64,000 nucleotides of DNA from Tubulanus polymorphus (GCF_964204645.1 NC_134028.1:20890345-20954344), one strand, 5' to 3'. Counted from the stretch's first letter, positions 1 to 11,694 are shown. Numbers and translations are program-made. Notes: generated by a model not told the origin, from the letters alone.

Positions 1-252
1 TCAATTTGAACCAGTTTTCATTTTCCAAAGAACTAATTTGAAACCTGTTGCAATAGCATTATGCAATAATTTCCAACAAATATCTGCTCTTTATCGTTTG
101 TCAATATATATATATATATATTTATTATAAACCTCGTTCACAATATCCGGCCAGTGCAAAACCATCATTTTCTGTTCGCCCCCAATCGATGTTTTTTATG
201 GAGATGTTTGAACAATAGAATTGTATATAAATGTGAGGTGTTAAAATATGTG

Positions 253-1020
253 TAATAATAATAATGATAATAATAAGTGTCTTATATAGCGCTAAATACA
301 ACTCACGAAAAAAGCCGCTCAGAGCGCTTCACATAAAAGCCTCATTAAAGAGGAAATGTTTAAGTTGCCTCTTGAAGATTTCCAAAGATTTTATAGACCG
401 GAGGTCTCCAGGAAGCTGATTCCACAAGGGCGGGCCATTGATGGAAAAGGCTCGAGAACCGAAAGACTTTCTATTGTATCTATGATGATATGATGATATG
501 ATTTATTTTCAAGTAAAGTTTTTACAAAATTAATGAATCTAGGGACTGTCAGTGAGATAAAGACAGAAGAACGGAGAGGACGGCAAGGGGCATGAATATG
601 AATGAGGTCACAGAGATGTTTAGGAGCCAAATTATGTATGCACTGGATGATGAAAATGAGAACTTGGTACTTGATTCTTTGTTCAATGGGTAACCAATGT
701 AATTCCATAAGGACACAGGTTTGATTGATTTATATTTTCTGGTTTTACTAACTAGACGGGCTGCTGTGTTTCGTACTCACTGGAGAGGTTTCGTTGAGGA
801 TTTTGGTAATTCAGTGTGAACAGAGTTACAAAAGTCAAGACGGGTTGCGATGAGTGCCTGCACATAAATTCTTGTGGCATCAACAGATATATATATTGAC
901 GGATTTTACCAATGTTGAGAATGTAAAAAATTAGCAGACTTCACACAACTTGAAATGTGGTCTCTTAAGTGTATTAGTAAATATTGCTATGTATCAAATT
1001 GGACATAGATTTCTGGTAAA
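253..1020 (-). mobile_element. Decayed 5'-truncated L2-clade LINE 3' end
   Basis: Broken reading QALIATRLDFCNS..LQRVRNTAARLV..LHWLPIEQRIKY..RPLRSS..FGSRAFS..PPLWNQLP, typical of the L2 ORF2 C-terminus, with a (TTA)n tail at 253-276. Confidence 0.85.
478..541 (-). mobile_element. 54-bp retroposed tail nested in the L2 relic, 5-bp TSD ATCTA
   Basis: ATCTA at 478-482 and 537-541. The minus strand of the insert ends AATAAA plus a CATAT/CAT repeat. Removing it restores TVPRYNRKSFGSRAF. Confidence 0.75.
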
Positions 1021-1578
1021 TCACCACGATTTACATTTCCGTCAGATAGAATTAGCTTCCAATGATGCGGTATCGAATCGCGTCCATATTAGTGTGCGTT
1101 GTAATCCATTTTCAGGGGTATTTCGTCATAGTAGTTTGTAATTGCCGCGATAATCATCGAATGGGTGTTGCAGATCCGTGATGTATGTATTCTGTGGAAT
1201 CGGTTTCGTCCAGTTCCGACACGCCGATCAGCGCACGTGGGAGGTAGCTGCTTGTAAAAATTACAATACACAAATTGCAAATGCTGTCAAAATAGAACAT
1301 TGTGTAAAAGTTATTTTCAAATATGTGATATAATCACAAATATCAAATATGCAACTGGTTTGAATTTTAGTTCAGCCATTACTGAGAAATTCGACTTTTA
1401 AATCGGCAATTTCAGCGCGTGCTCACTGTTATTGTTAATGTTAGCATTTCACATCGTTAAGAAATCGTGGAAAATACAATTTTGATAGCAGTATATATAT
1501 TTGTTTCAAGCCCATACAGATTCTTCCCTTAAAGAGAAAATGTTTTCCCCTTTAATCACTTTATAATCTATTTTACAG

Positions 1579-1906
1579 ATACCGCACCGTGGGAATTGCT
1601 TCGGCGTTTGCCCGAGTTGGTTCGATGACAGCACCATTCGTCGCTCATTTGGTTGGTTTCATCTAGTAAATGTCACTTGTCACTTGTCATTTCAATATTA
1701 CGATTGAATTGTTTCAGGCTCAATTTATATCTTGGTTGCCAGGCGTGATTCTCGGGTGTATTGGACTGGTAACCGCTTTGTTGATGTTACCCTTACCGGA
1801 AACTAGAGGTGTACCGATGCCTCAAACTATCACTGATATCGACCGACCTAGAAACGACTCGATAAACCGGACTGTAGATGAAAATCATCTGGAACAAATT
1901 AGTTAA
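1579..1906 (+). pseudogene. Last two exons (1579-1651, 1718-1906) of an SLC22/organic cation transporter-like MFS gene; orphan 3' fragment
   Basis: GT/AG-bounded exons encode YRTVGIASAFARVGSMTAPFVAHL and AQFISWLPGVILG..LPLPETRGVPMPQT, matching the TM11-12 and LPET motif. No upstream exons lie inside the unit. Confidence 0.8.
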
Positions 1907-1928
1907 TTTTTACCTCAGGTTAACAACA

Positions 1929-2278
1929 ATGAGGACTCTACGTTCGACTGTGGCAATCGAGGATTCCACTTATGGCAAGCGACGATCCACTAGGTTCGCT
2001 AGTGTGCATTCAGACAACGACTCCCGGATTTCTTCTCATATTCAATTAAAGTCTATCCATAATTTCTCAAATTCTTTGAATGGTGATCAGTAAAAACCAC
2101 CTTAAATATGAAACTTAAGATCATTTAAGTTTATCAAGACGAGTGATTTGCCAAATTTCTGACGAGGGAGGCTAAAAATCTAGATGAAAGTTCATTGAAA
2201 ATGAACTGGATTTTGACGGGGTTGTCGCACTGTTACGCACACCATCTAGCGCGATAGCTGGTGGCACGAAGTCCTCAT
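1929..2278. mobile_element. Candidate MITE (~350 bp) downstream of the SLC22-like stop codon
   Basis: Inverted termini ATGAGGACT (1929) and AGTCCTCAT (2270-2278) around a non-coding interior; present in all copies. Confidence 0.4.
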
Positions 2279-2739
2279 AGATCCATATTTGGAATCATTA
2301 CTTTATTTTACTTGGTTTATCGTCATAATTACAACATATACAATGGAATATTCAATTTTGATCCCAAATACATGTAGCCATATACAAAAAAAAAAAACAT
2401 GCTTTAATACAATTTCACTCCTTTACACCATGGACTCAACAACGATCGTTATGGAACTGTAGATGTGTCAAATAGGTATATAAGGTTTAGTAGGTAGGAG
2501 GTAGATTGATTGAGTTATGAATTTTTTATTCTTACTAGCGATAAATGACAACTATTAGGGTTTTCTTAAAGGGACAGGATATTCTAAAAAATGACTTATT
2601 TCATCCTATAATCTATGGAAATAACAGACAGTCCTACGCATACGTCTGATATATGTAGAACTGAATTTAATGTCAATTTTTGTAGAATTCTATAACTAAC
2701 TAAATTAAGCATTTAAGAATCACATCCTCAATACATTCC

Positions 2740-3000
2740 TCAACAATACTGTTTTCCTTCTTCATAAACAACATGGAAGAATGTGTGAGCAGGTATAACA
2801 TGAGGAAATCGAACTCGAAATCATACTACTTTTATACGCGGACGATACACGGTGATTCTAGTAGAATCACCAGATGAAATTCGAAAGAATAGCAACCAAG
2901 TTCTATAAGATCTCTAATGGGCGTCGAGCAATAGACACCAAAATATTTTGTATATAGAGATGGGGGATCAGTATGTAGAATTAGTACCCACTTTCAAATA
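2740..3000 (+). mobile_element. Highly decayed non-LTR reverse transcriptase fragment (also ~22375 and ~38290)
   Basis: Broken reading ILFSFFINNMEE...IILLLYADDT.VILVESPDE...VELVPTFK parallels the RT at 14482-15924. Confidence 0.7.
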
Positions 3001-3039
3001 GTCAAATATGCTGGTCCCAAATCGTTTAGAGCAGATATA

Positions 3040-3158
3040 ATAAATTCACACGTAAAATACACAACATAACGCTGATGGATATTTCACGGTCCAGCAATGG
3101 TTATCTAGGCATCTGAAGTCAACGATTTACTTAATTGACTAACGGCAATGTATGGTAA
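3040..3158 (+). promoter_or_regulatory. Conserved ~120-bp element upstream of GPCR A, paralogous to 13194-13309
   Basis: Identical 19-mer ATATTTCACGGTCCAGCAA at 3079-3097 and 13232-13250, with colinear flanks (TAAATTCnCACGTAAA, GATTTACTTA, TGGTAA). Confidence 0.5.
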
Positions 3159-3238
3159 ACCAAAAAACAAGCCTTTTAGAATCGCCAGATTCAGATGTTC
3201 ATGCTGTGCACGTTTGTACATCGTGATCGGTCGGCGCA

Positions 3239-4207
3239 ATGGCTGCAACTTCCATTCTTCAGAACCTCACAAATCCCACTAATATTTACACAGGCCTCGT
3301 ACTGGCTGCAACTACGATAAACGGAACCTATCTGTGGTGTTACCTCGTATTCGCCAGTCTTTGTTTAATTCTCGGATTCATCGGCAATTTCCTGATTGTA
3401 ATAGTTATGATGCAACCTAAACTATGGCGACGTTCTTTCAGTCGTATGTTCGTTCAACTAGCCGTCTGCGACACTTTGGTTCTCATCTGTTATTCGATAA
3501 AATATATCAACGTTATATCGTATACTTTTTACGGGAGGGAATTATTGGTCAAACCATTAACGCGAGTTCAATGTATATGTTTTGAGTATTTCATATCATT
3601 GTGCCTATCGAGCAGTCCGTGGACGCTGGTCCTCGTGGCAACCGAGCGAATGTGTGTGGTTTGCTTTCCGTTTAGAGGTCCTCGTTTCTGGAGCCCGAAT
3701 GCTGCTTCTATACTCTGTTCCTCCGTAATCTGCTTCGTAGCGCTGGGTCATAGCTATTTATTTGTAACTATCAATATTAGTGGCAACGGTTGTATCATCA
3801 AAAATGTTCTCACATTTACCAAGCCTTTATTAACGTCTATTAGTTTCTCTGTCGGCCCGTTTATTTCGTTATCGATCATGTCCACAATAACTTCGATCAC
3901 TTTATTCAGAAAAAAGGCCAACTCAGAAACAACCCGAGCATCGAAATACTCAAACCAAGTAACCGTGTTAGTTCTGTTACTGTGTGCCTTCTTCATGGTT
4001 ACAACATTCCCAACAGTTATTATGAGCCCTTTTCTCAGTACTAGTTCGGAATTGAAAAATATCTTCGCTGCCCTAATTGATATCTTAGCGATAAACTATT
4101 CGTTTAATCTCTACTTGTATCTGGTGACGGGAAAAGAAATCAGAAACGAATTGCGGAATTTGATTTTCGAAAAGAGACGCGATATATCACTGTATGTCAA
4201 ACCTTAA
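3239..4207 (+). CDS. GPCR A copy 1: single-exon rhodopsin-family 7TM receptor, FMRFamide-receptor/Srw-like orphan, 322 aa
   Basis: Seven hydrophobic segments; TM1 GN, TM2 LAVCD, TM3 ERMCVVCFP, TM7 NYSFNLYLY; N-terminal N-glycosylation sequons. Confidence 0.9.
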   Translation: MAATSILQNLTNPTNIYTGLVLAATTINGTYLWCYLVFASLCLILGFIGNFLIVIVMMQPKLWRRSFSRMFVQLAVCDTLVLICYSIKYINVISYTFYGRELLVKPLTRVQCICFEYFISLCLSSSPWTLVLVATERMCVVCFPFRGPRFWSPNAASILCSSVICFVALGHSYLFVTINISGNGCIIKNVLTFTKPLLTSISFSVGPFISLSIMSTITSITLFRKKANSETTRASKYSNQVTVLVLLLCAFFMVTTFPTVIMSPFLSTSSELKNIFAALIDILAINYSFNLYLYLVTGKEIRNELRNLIFEKRRDISLYVKP

Positions 4208-4901
4208 AACCCATCATCTCTCTAGTCTAAAATTACAATCGCAGAAGTTATAGCTATATCAGTACCGCGTTCAGTTTTCTATCTAATAGATTCAATCAAT
4301 TATAAAATCTTTATCCGCTAAATTATACCAGTAACTCTCCAATAAAAATGGCATTCTCTGCCGGTCGAAGATGAGGAAATATTATGCAGTTTCGGGTTCT
4401 GTCTTCGACATAAGTACAAATGCCATATACGTTGAACGGAGCCCCCTCTGCCACACGACAATGATCCATTGACATAGGAAGGCCATCAATTTTTGAAAAG
4501 TGCCCTTTCTCCAAATATTTGTGTCATATCCTATAGAACGGCCCCTTTTCGAGTCTCCCTTAAAAAAAGATATTCAAATGCGACGTACGGCCCTGACTTC
4601 CAGAATCAGTTAGCATTTACAGGGATAATCGGGGACTGAAATTCGGCGGCACCTGTGTGAATTTGACTGTTACAAGTAGAAACTGACAAAAAATTCAGAA
4701 CACATCAAAGCCTGTGCCCGAAGCGTAATTTATCTTCTCCAGCAATTTCAGTGACATTATCAATACGCTATCAGATGAAGCTCATGGAAAAAAGGTAATG
4801 AGTGCTTGGACCGTCTACTTCATGGCGCAATCGATTGAGTAAAACTAAGTTTAGAGAGCTTACAGATGCTAACAAAAATTATCACGTGCTGCAAACGGAA
4901 C

Positions 4902-5098
4902 ATCTCTATGAAGCCCGATAGATAACGAATATACGATGATTGTAACGAGTTTAGTTCTGACAGTCGGATACGGATGATACTCATTCATGACGCGGATGTT
5001 AATCAGACGATCTGCGACGTCTTGAAGTAAAGTGTAGTGACAAGTTCCGCCGAATTTGTAATTGAACCCGTCAAACGAGGCGTACGATAGATCATCTT
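4902..5098 (-). pseudogene. Displaced ~195-bp duplicate of the VWD-encoding exon (also ~24534-24727 and ~40461-40657)
   Basis: Highly similar to 6749-6945 (atgaagcccgatagataacgaa...gaacccgtcaaa..gcgtacgata). Confidence 0.85.
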
Positions 5099-5846
5099 AG
5101 TTCTGATCAGATAGGGTCTACTTTCTTCGCTTTTTGAAATCAACTTAAGCAAAATTTCTACGATTTCTTTTTTACGACGGCGCCCGGGGCTGGACACAGC
5201 ATACCATCTCTTAACATGATGACGAATTTTGTGCATACTACGACGAGTGAAGTTTCACGATAAATTATTATAAAATAACGATAAAAAAATGTTTTATTTC
5301 AAACATATCTGTAGATATAAAAACATTGATCATATTTACATTCAAACCTGAGAGAAATAGATATGTTATTAACAAACAAATACAATTTGAAATCCTTATA
5401 AAAGCACAGTGTATGAAAATTGTAACATCACAAAAATTCAAAACGTCGAATTTGCACTAAATTATTATGAAAAGTTGCATAAATTTACATAAATTACACC
5501 CTGCAAAACAAAGTCATGACATGATAACAAAGTTACATAAAACGATATTGAAGATAAACGTATTGAAAACATTCTACAAAATAGGAAACTATTCTGAAAT
5601 CATTCACTACAAAATAAACAAAAATCCTGAAAAAGCAAAAACTCTGAAATAGAAAATTTAATTAGTAACAACAACAAAAACAACAGGAGCAGCGACATAA
5701 ATATAACATCAATCATCATTAATGATGCACATCACTTAAAACAGAGTAACATTTTATTTTTACTTAATCTAAGTCATCAGGAACATCAGGAATCTAAGTC
5801 ATCAGTTTGAGAACAGGTTTTATCATTATGTAGGATCTCGCTGGTT

Positions 5847-8800
5847 CTAATCCAATATGGCGTTCTCCGACTCATCACCAACTACAACACCTCCTAACGA
5901 TCGTAACAACAACGGCATTTTCCCTCTTCTTTTCTGCTTGTGTTGTTTCTTCAAGTTTTTCTTGTTCTTCGAAGAGTTAGAGTCGTGTTGTTTCTGCCGA
6001 GTAGAATGGTCACATTGAGAATGTTTAGGTAGTTTGAGTTGTATGTTGTGCTCGGCGCATTCTTTTACGTAAAACTTCACGATAGCGCATTCGCAGTTTT
6101 TACCCGAAGGACATTCACAAACGTTATCAGTACAAGCCCTGAAAATGAAATAGAAATAAACCATTACGAGTCTAGTTTTTCTTTCATTATTTTCGTAACT
6201 CTCCTTACTCGGTACCAGCCAAATGAGGAAACTGATGGTGCAATTATACCAATAATGTATTACTCAAAACGTGGAAGTAAGAACTTTACTATAGAATTAG
6301 ATATTTACCTGAGGAATGGTTGGACGGGGACTTTCTTGTGGCATTTTTTGAACGCCGGACTCTTTAAGACAGCACATTTCTGATGAGCGCGAACTCGCTG
6401 ATCCACAGTTTTACACGACGACTTTCTACTATTAAACGGTTCGTCGCAGTTACATTTACCACCGACTCGCCACGACTTTGCGAAAACCTCCGAATCCGAG
6501 ACAATTTCCTGTTTGATTTTCATTTTACTATCGTCTTTTACGACTTGATTGAAATTACCGCAAAGACCGCCTAATTTATTCTGCCAATTCGCAGTTACGT
6601 AAACATTGATATCGCCTTGTTTACTCCAGGTTAATCTGAATCCGTTTATCATATTCACGACCACTGTCGCGTTTTTGACGACTTCGATAGTAAAGTTTTC
6701 ATGTTTAAACGGAACAGCGATTTTACTACGATTCACTCTGATATCCAGATCTCGATGAAGCCCGATAGATAACGAAGATACGATGATTGTAACGAGTTTA
6801 GTTCTGACAGTCGGATACGGATGATACTCATTCTTGACGCGGATGTTAATCAGGCGATCTGCGACGTCTTGAAGTAAGGTGTAGCGACAAGTTCCGCCGA
6901 ATTTGTAATTGAACCCGTCAAATGAAGCGTACGATAAATAATCCTTGTTCGAGTTAGTAACTGAACAGATACTATGAGCCGCGACACATAGTGGGCAACA
7001 TTCTCCCTGAGGCCGATAGAGAATAGATTTCTGAAAAAAATGAAAAGATGTAATGTATTCAAGTTTCATGATTTCACGAAAACATGAAATGATTTAAACG
7101 CCAACGAAAAACAAATGGATGACGGGCAGCAATAAAACATATCAAACTAAAATAAATCCCCACATTTAGAATAAAAAAGCCCGAAAGTATCCCTGCAAAA
7201 AAGTATTAGGATATGGTCGAAACATCGAGTAGGTATTCGCTCAAGAAATAATGGAACAATAATTATTTGTTTTTTCAATCACTGATGATTTTAATACTAA
7301 TTCCTCAATTGTATCAGGATTTCAACCATGAAAACTTAGATATTTACCTGTGAACATTTAGGAGTTGAACCACACGTTATTTCTTGGCAGGTGACGTTTC
7401 CATCTTTACAACTACAATCAGTACAGGATCCATCCTTCCAGATCTGATCAATCTGTAAATAGAATACTACTGAGTTCAAGGTTGGAATAAAGGACGGATT
7501 AGCATCGAAGATAGGGATTTAATTCAAATTTTTAAAGACAGTTTCTTCCTCTTTTATGAAAAATATACTACAATGTACAGGGATATTTCGTCTATGCTTA
7601 ACCTATGGTTATTCGAATATCTGTTTCAAATAGGGGTCTTGTGCCCTTAACTCAAATAGTAAGATATTTACCTTGTACATTTTGCCTTTGTATGCACATC
7701 CAGCTGGACGCTTACATTTCGGGCAACACGATTTCTTATCGTAGACCAAGAATTGTTTCGGGCAATTCAGATCTGGACACGATTCACGATAACACTGCAT
7801 CCCGCCCTTGTAACAAGAACATTTCGTGCATTTATCCGGCATGAAATGTCGATTTTCTCGATGAAGATGACCACGAAATAAACAACTGCCGTGAATAGAA
7901 CTGACCGATACGGCTTCTTTACCTGCAAGAAAAATTGAATTCGATTTAATAGACAAATCCACAAAAATTATTTTTCTTAACCCTTGGGTTAGATGCCGAG
8001 GGAGGGTAGAGAATAGAAGAAACTTTGGCCAAAGAATTGTGCAACCACCAGGACTCGAACCCATGTGCCCTGGACATCTTAAAAGATTACTTACCTTTAC
8101 AAATTGGACAGCACTCGTTTTCTTCGTGTACTTGATATTTTTGTGGACAATTTAAAACTGGGCAAACTTTTCGAATACACGTCAATTCACCTGACTGAAA
8201 TACAATGATAACAATGACAATGACAAATTGAACGTGTATATATCAGTGAAATACGTATGAAGTGCTCTAAAATTTTAGAACTAAACATGATTATTCGTTT
8301 ATACCTGGCATTTACATGTTGTGCACTTTTCACCGGGTTTTGTCATTGATTTCCCATCTTCGACGGTAATTCCGTCCAGAACGCAACCTTTAGTGTTCTC
8401 TTTCTCGCTGCTACAGGCCGGGCAACATTGACCCGGTTTATATATCTGTTCACGACATCCCGCGCGACATTGTACTTTACTATGAGTTAGAACACCGGAC
8501 TGAAGAAAATATTTAAAAAAAAATTTTAACATACGTTTTGAACATGTAACAATCAGGATCCAGTGAGTTAGAATCAGATATTTTTCATTCGGTTTAGTGA
8601 ATTAAATTTCTAACGCCTTACACTGCGGAACTGGGTCGTAGCACTACCAGCACCAGCAACGGATATTTTCAGACGAACGTGACATAGGCCTATTATTTGA
8701 GAAATCCAGATTAAATTTACTTACCGAACACGAGTGCTGTTTACAGGGATCTTTTTCGTCAATCCATTCAGCTCCACTTTTATATTCTTTATTCCGATAT

Positions 8801-8960
8801 TTACAGCCTATGATTATCAAAGAATCAGCATTTATATATCATCTGATAATATGTTAATATATGTGTCATTATCATTAGATATGATAAGATATGAAGACTA
8901 ACCCGTTACTGAATAGATTACTGAAATCAACACAATCATTTTCAAGATGTAATAATCCAT
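5847..8960 (-). CDS. BMPER/Crossveinless-2-like secreted protein copy 1, 8 exons, 601 aa (signal peptide, 4 VWC, VWD, C8, basic tail)
   Basis: Phase-consistent GT-AG exons: 8960-8903, 8807-8725, 8499-8305, 8194-8095, 7922-7672, 7452-7348, 7030-6309, 6138-5847 (1806 nt). Motifs include CCPxC VWC ends, GSCLFR, SFDG..F.GTC.Y.L, GLCGNFN and C8 cysteines. Confidence 0.88.
7980..8068 (-). mobile_element. Possible tRNA-derived SINE fragment in BMPER-like intron 4
   Basis: Minus-strand box-B-like GGTTCGAGTCC near 8053-8063; no box A or cloverleaf seen. Confidence 0.3.
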
Positions 8961-9085
8961 TGCAATCTTTAAATCCTATGAGTGGTAATCCGTCAATCAT
9001 CGATTGAATGTTAATTTGTTAATCCCGCGTTTACTGATTATCCGCTAATCCAATGATAGTGATGATGACGACTAGTCATTGACTG

Positions 9086-9121
9086 AACTGATTTGTTGAT
9101 GTCGCATCAGATTGTTTTATA
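9086..9121 (-). promoter_or_regulatory. TATA box plus Inr core promoter of the BMPER-like gene (TATA also ~28738 and ~44676)
   Basis: Minus-strand TATAAAA (9121-9115) lies about 30 nt before TCAGTT (9091-9086), which is ~130 nt upstream of the signal-peptide ATG at 8960. Confidence 0.65.
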
Positions 9122-9816
9122 CCGGGATCATCTGTCACTCAAACCCGACACGTGAGAGAGGAGCACATGTCATTAATTAAACACTGGCGACTGACATTAA
9201 TTACCTGATTACGTATTTTCGACTTCTGTGAACTGTTCTGATGCTGTTCTAATTATTGTAATTGAGTAAAATCAATTAAGCTCTAATTGACTCTAAAACG
9301 ACGTACGATATAGATTGATTAATCACATCCAGTAATTACAACGTGACGAACTCTACTTTCGTCGAATGAAAAATTCGATGTTTTCATACGCATCCAATTA
9401 ACTCCCTTTCAAAGTTTGAAAACCAACTATACACAAATTTTAAAACAGTTAAAGCGAATTTCATTCATCAAATATTAGAATCAAAAGACATGACGCTTCC
9501 AACTCGCACTAGAGTCAGGTGTCTACTCTCCACGTCAGAGTGTGGCTATTCTACTATCACCTCCTTCGGGGTTTGTGTTTTAGTTTTTGGGTGTTTGTCG
9601 GTTGTTTTCCGCTTTTCTTGGGCGTGTGTTTGGTGGAGTCGCCTGGAAGCTGGTCTCGGTTTTTCAATGTCTCGTCTATTTGTGTAGTAAATTCGCACAG
9701 CAGGAAGTGATAATATGTTTCTTTGTTAGGCAACTGTGAACATCTTAATATGCATATGAAATAAATGCATGTACAACGTATTCATTTCCTCAGCAACGAC
9801 AAAAAGTATAAAGCAG

Positions 9817-9901
9817 GACCCAGTTCTACAGTTGTGAGTGAGTTAAAGTTCAATGAGTTAACTCGGAGTTTAATCTGAACTCGAAACTGTTTAACTGGAC
9901 C
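9817..9901. mobile_element. Short MITE with CAG on both flanks (PIF/Harbinger-like by inference)
   Basis: Termini GACCCAGTT...AACTGGACC with an internal GAGTTAACTC palindrome; a reverse-complement relative of 10005-10113. Confidence 0.6.
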
Positions 9902-10004
9902 CAGGACAATATATTATGATATTAATCGCACCATACACATGTCGATTTATTTGATAAGCCAGTTGAAAATAGAACAAAACCCAACTTGTCGCTTACCGGT
10001 TCAG

Positions 10005-10113
10005 GGTCCAATTCCACAGTTCCGAGTGAGGATTTAGCTCCGAGTTAACTCATTGAAAATGAACTAGCTTTAACTCAAGAGTTAACTCTAACTCACAACT
10101 GGGGAACTGGGCC
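10005..10113. mobile_element. Short MITE of the same family, opposite orientation
   Basis: Termini GGTCCAATTCCACAGTT...AACTGGGGAACTGGGCC, flanked by CAG/CTG, with two GAGTTAACTC palindromes. Confidence 0.65.
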
Positions 10114-10630
10114 CTGGTAAGATAAAAGATTGGTTACACGAATCAGAAATTCCAATTGTGTAGTTCGTTTTTTTTTTCAGGTTCGCTTCCAGCTCGTGTT
10201 GCTATTATTTCAATGGGCAGAAAATCCATACTACTCTCGCTGTGTTAATTGCGGCTATATGTATTGTCTTCATTCAGTATATGACATCGTGGGTGGTTTA
10301 AGTATAAATCATTGTTCATGAAAAGAGTAAATTCAATGTTGTCTATTATCGGAACAAGATTGATTCGTAAATACGAAATGCGCGTGTAGTATGATAAATA
10401 TATATAACTACTCAAAAGTTCTATTTAAAAAGATGAAAATGTTTGTTTTTTTCAAAAACATCTATTTCAACTCATCTAACATTTGACGTATACATGTATG
10501 TATGTTTCTAGAGATAATTGCACCCTGCTGAACGACCGTGCCGTATCACGACACAGGTATCAAATTTGATTTAGAAATTTAATTGGGCGTGTTGGGTAAT
10601 CCGCGACGAAATTCCTATAGCAGCTCGAGA

Positions 10631-11644
10631 ATGAATGGTAGTATGAACTACAGCAGCAGCAATAGCAGCGTCAGCGGTAATGGTGACGGATTGAGATGTC
10701 CTGTGATGAAAATCAGTGAAATCCTTACGATGTTAAACATATTTTATGTCGGGCCGATTTGTGTCGTCGGCATCGCATTGAATGTCTTAAACATACTTAT
10801 TTTACGGTCGTTTCGTTCGCCGATCGTATCCGTTTACCTTTTACAGTTACTAGCGGCAGCCGACATATTTTACCTGGTCGGTTCTTTTTTCTATTTCACC
10901 GTCAGATTTTCGGCTTATTACTTCATGAAAGGTGAAATCGTCTTCCGTCTCAATGGTGGTAACATCTTTCCGCGGTTCTACATACCGACGCTTGAAATTT
11001 ACGGCTTTTCGATTCTATTTCGCAACATGTTCGTGCCAGTCGTTTCGGTTGACCGGGCGGTGAATTTGTATTTTCCATTTTTCGCCCGCCGCCACGTCAC
11101 AAAAAGGCGGGTTACGACCGTATTCGTGATCCTATTGGTTGTCTGTTTTTTCGGCCGGTGTTACTATATGCTATTCGGAGTCGGGAAATTCGGATACCGA
11201 CGGAACAAATGCGACCAAACGATGGAAATCTACGCGCTTAAATGAAGTCCTTTCATCAAGAAAATGCATAATTTGAGATACTACCTTTGCGTGTCGTTCG
11301 GACCAATGCTCGTACTTATAACTTTGAACTGCCTGATTACATATAAAGTCGTATTTCGAACCGGAATCGGGGCGGCTCCGTCGAAAGCAGGCTCACCATC
11401 TAACGCGCAAGCCACGAAAACCGTATTAACGATCGTGTTGTTGTTTATCGTTTGTGAAATGGGCCCTGTTATCGATCGGTTGAGTCAGCTGATTTTGGGC
11501 CGCCGATATACATGGCATCCGCATCTCCGGAAAGCGTCGCTCTATTTGTCCGTGAATGATTCTTTTTTGAATTTTTTTGTCTATGTGGCAGCAAATTCGC
11601 GATTCCGCAAGATATTCGTGAATATGCTAAAACGGGCGAAATAA
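10631..11644 (+). pseudogene. GPCR B copy 1 (337-codon 7TM receptor) with in-frame TGA at 11243-11245
   Basis: ORFs 10583-11245 and 11264-11644 share a frame; LAAAD, VDRAVNLYFP and DSFLNFFVY motifs; the codon is CGA in the other copies. Confidence 0.85.
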
Positions 11645-11694
11645 GAAATTCATTCCAATTCCGGATTACAAACTCTCTACCGGCCGCTTCTTTC

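Larger units (their letters stand above)
1..1518 (+). repeat. 3' tail of a further upstream copy of the duplication unit
   Basis: Matches 19642-21157, 35568-37073 and 51176-52677. Confidence 0.9.

Noticed and set aside
11243-11245. Programmed TGA readthrough or selenocysteine in GPCR B
   Set aside because: The stop sits at different codons in different copies and replaces Arg (CGA), consistent with ordinary nonsense mutation.
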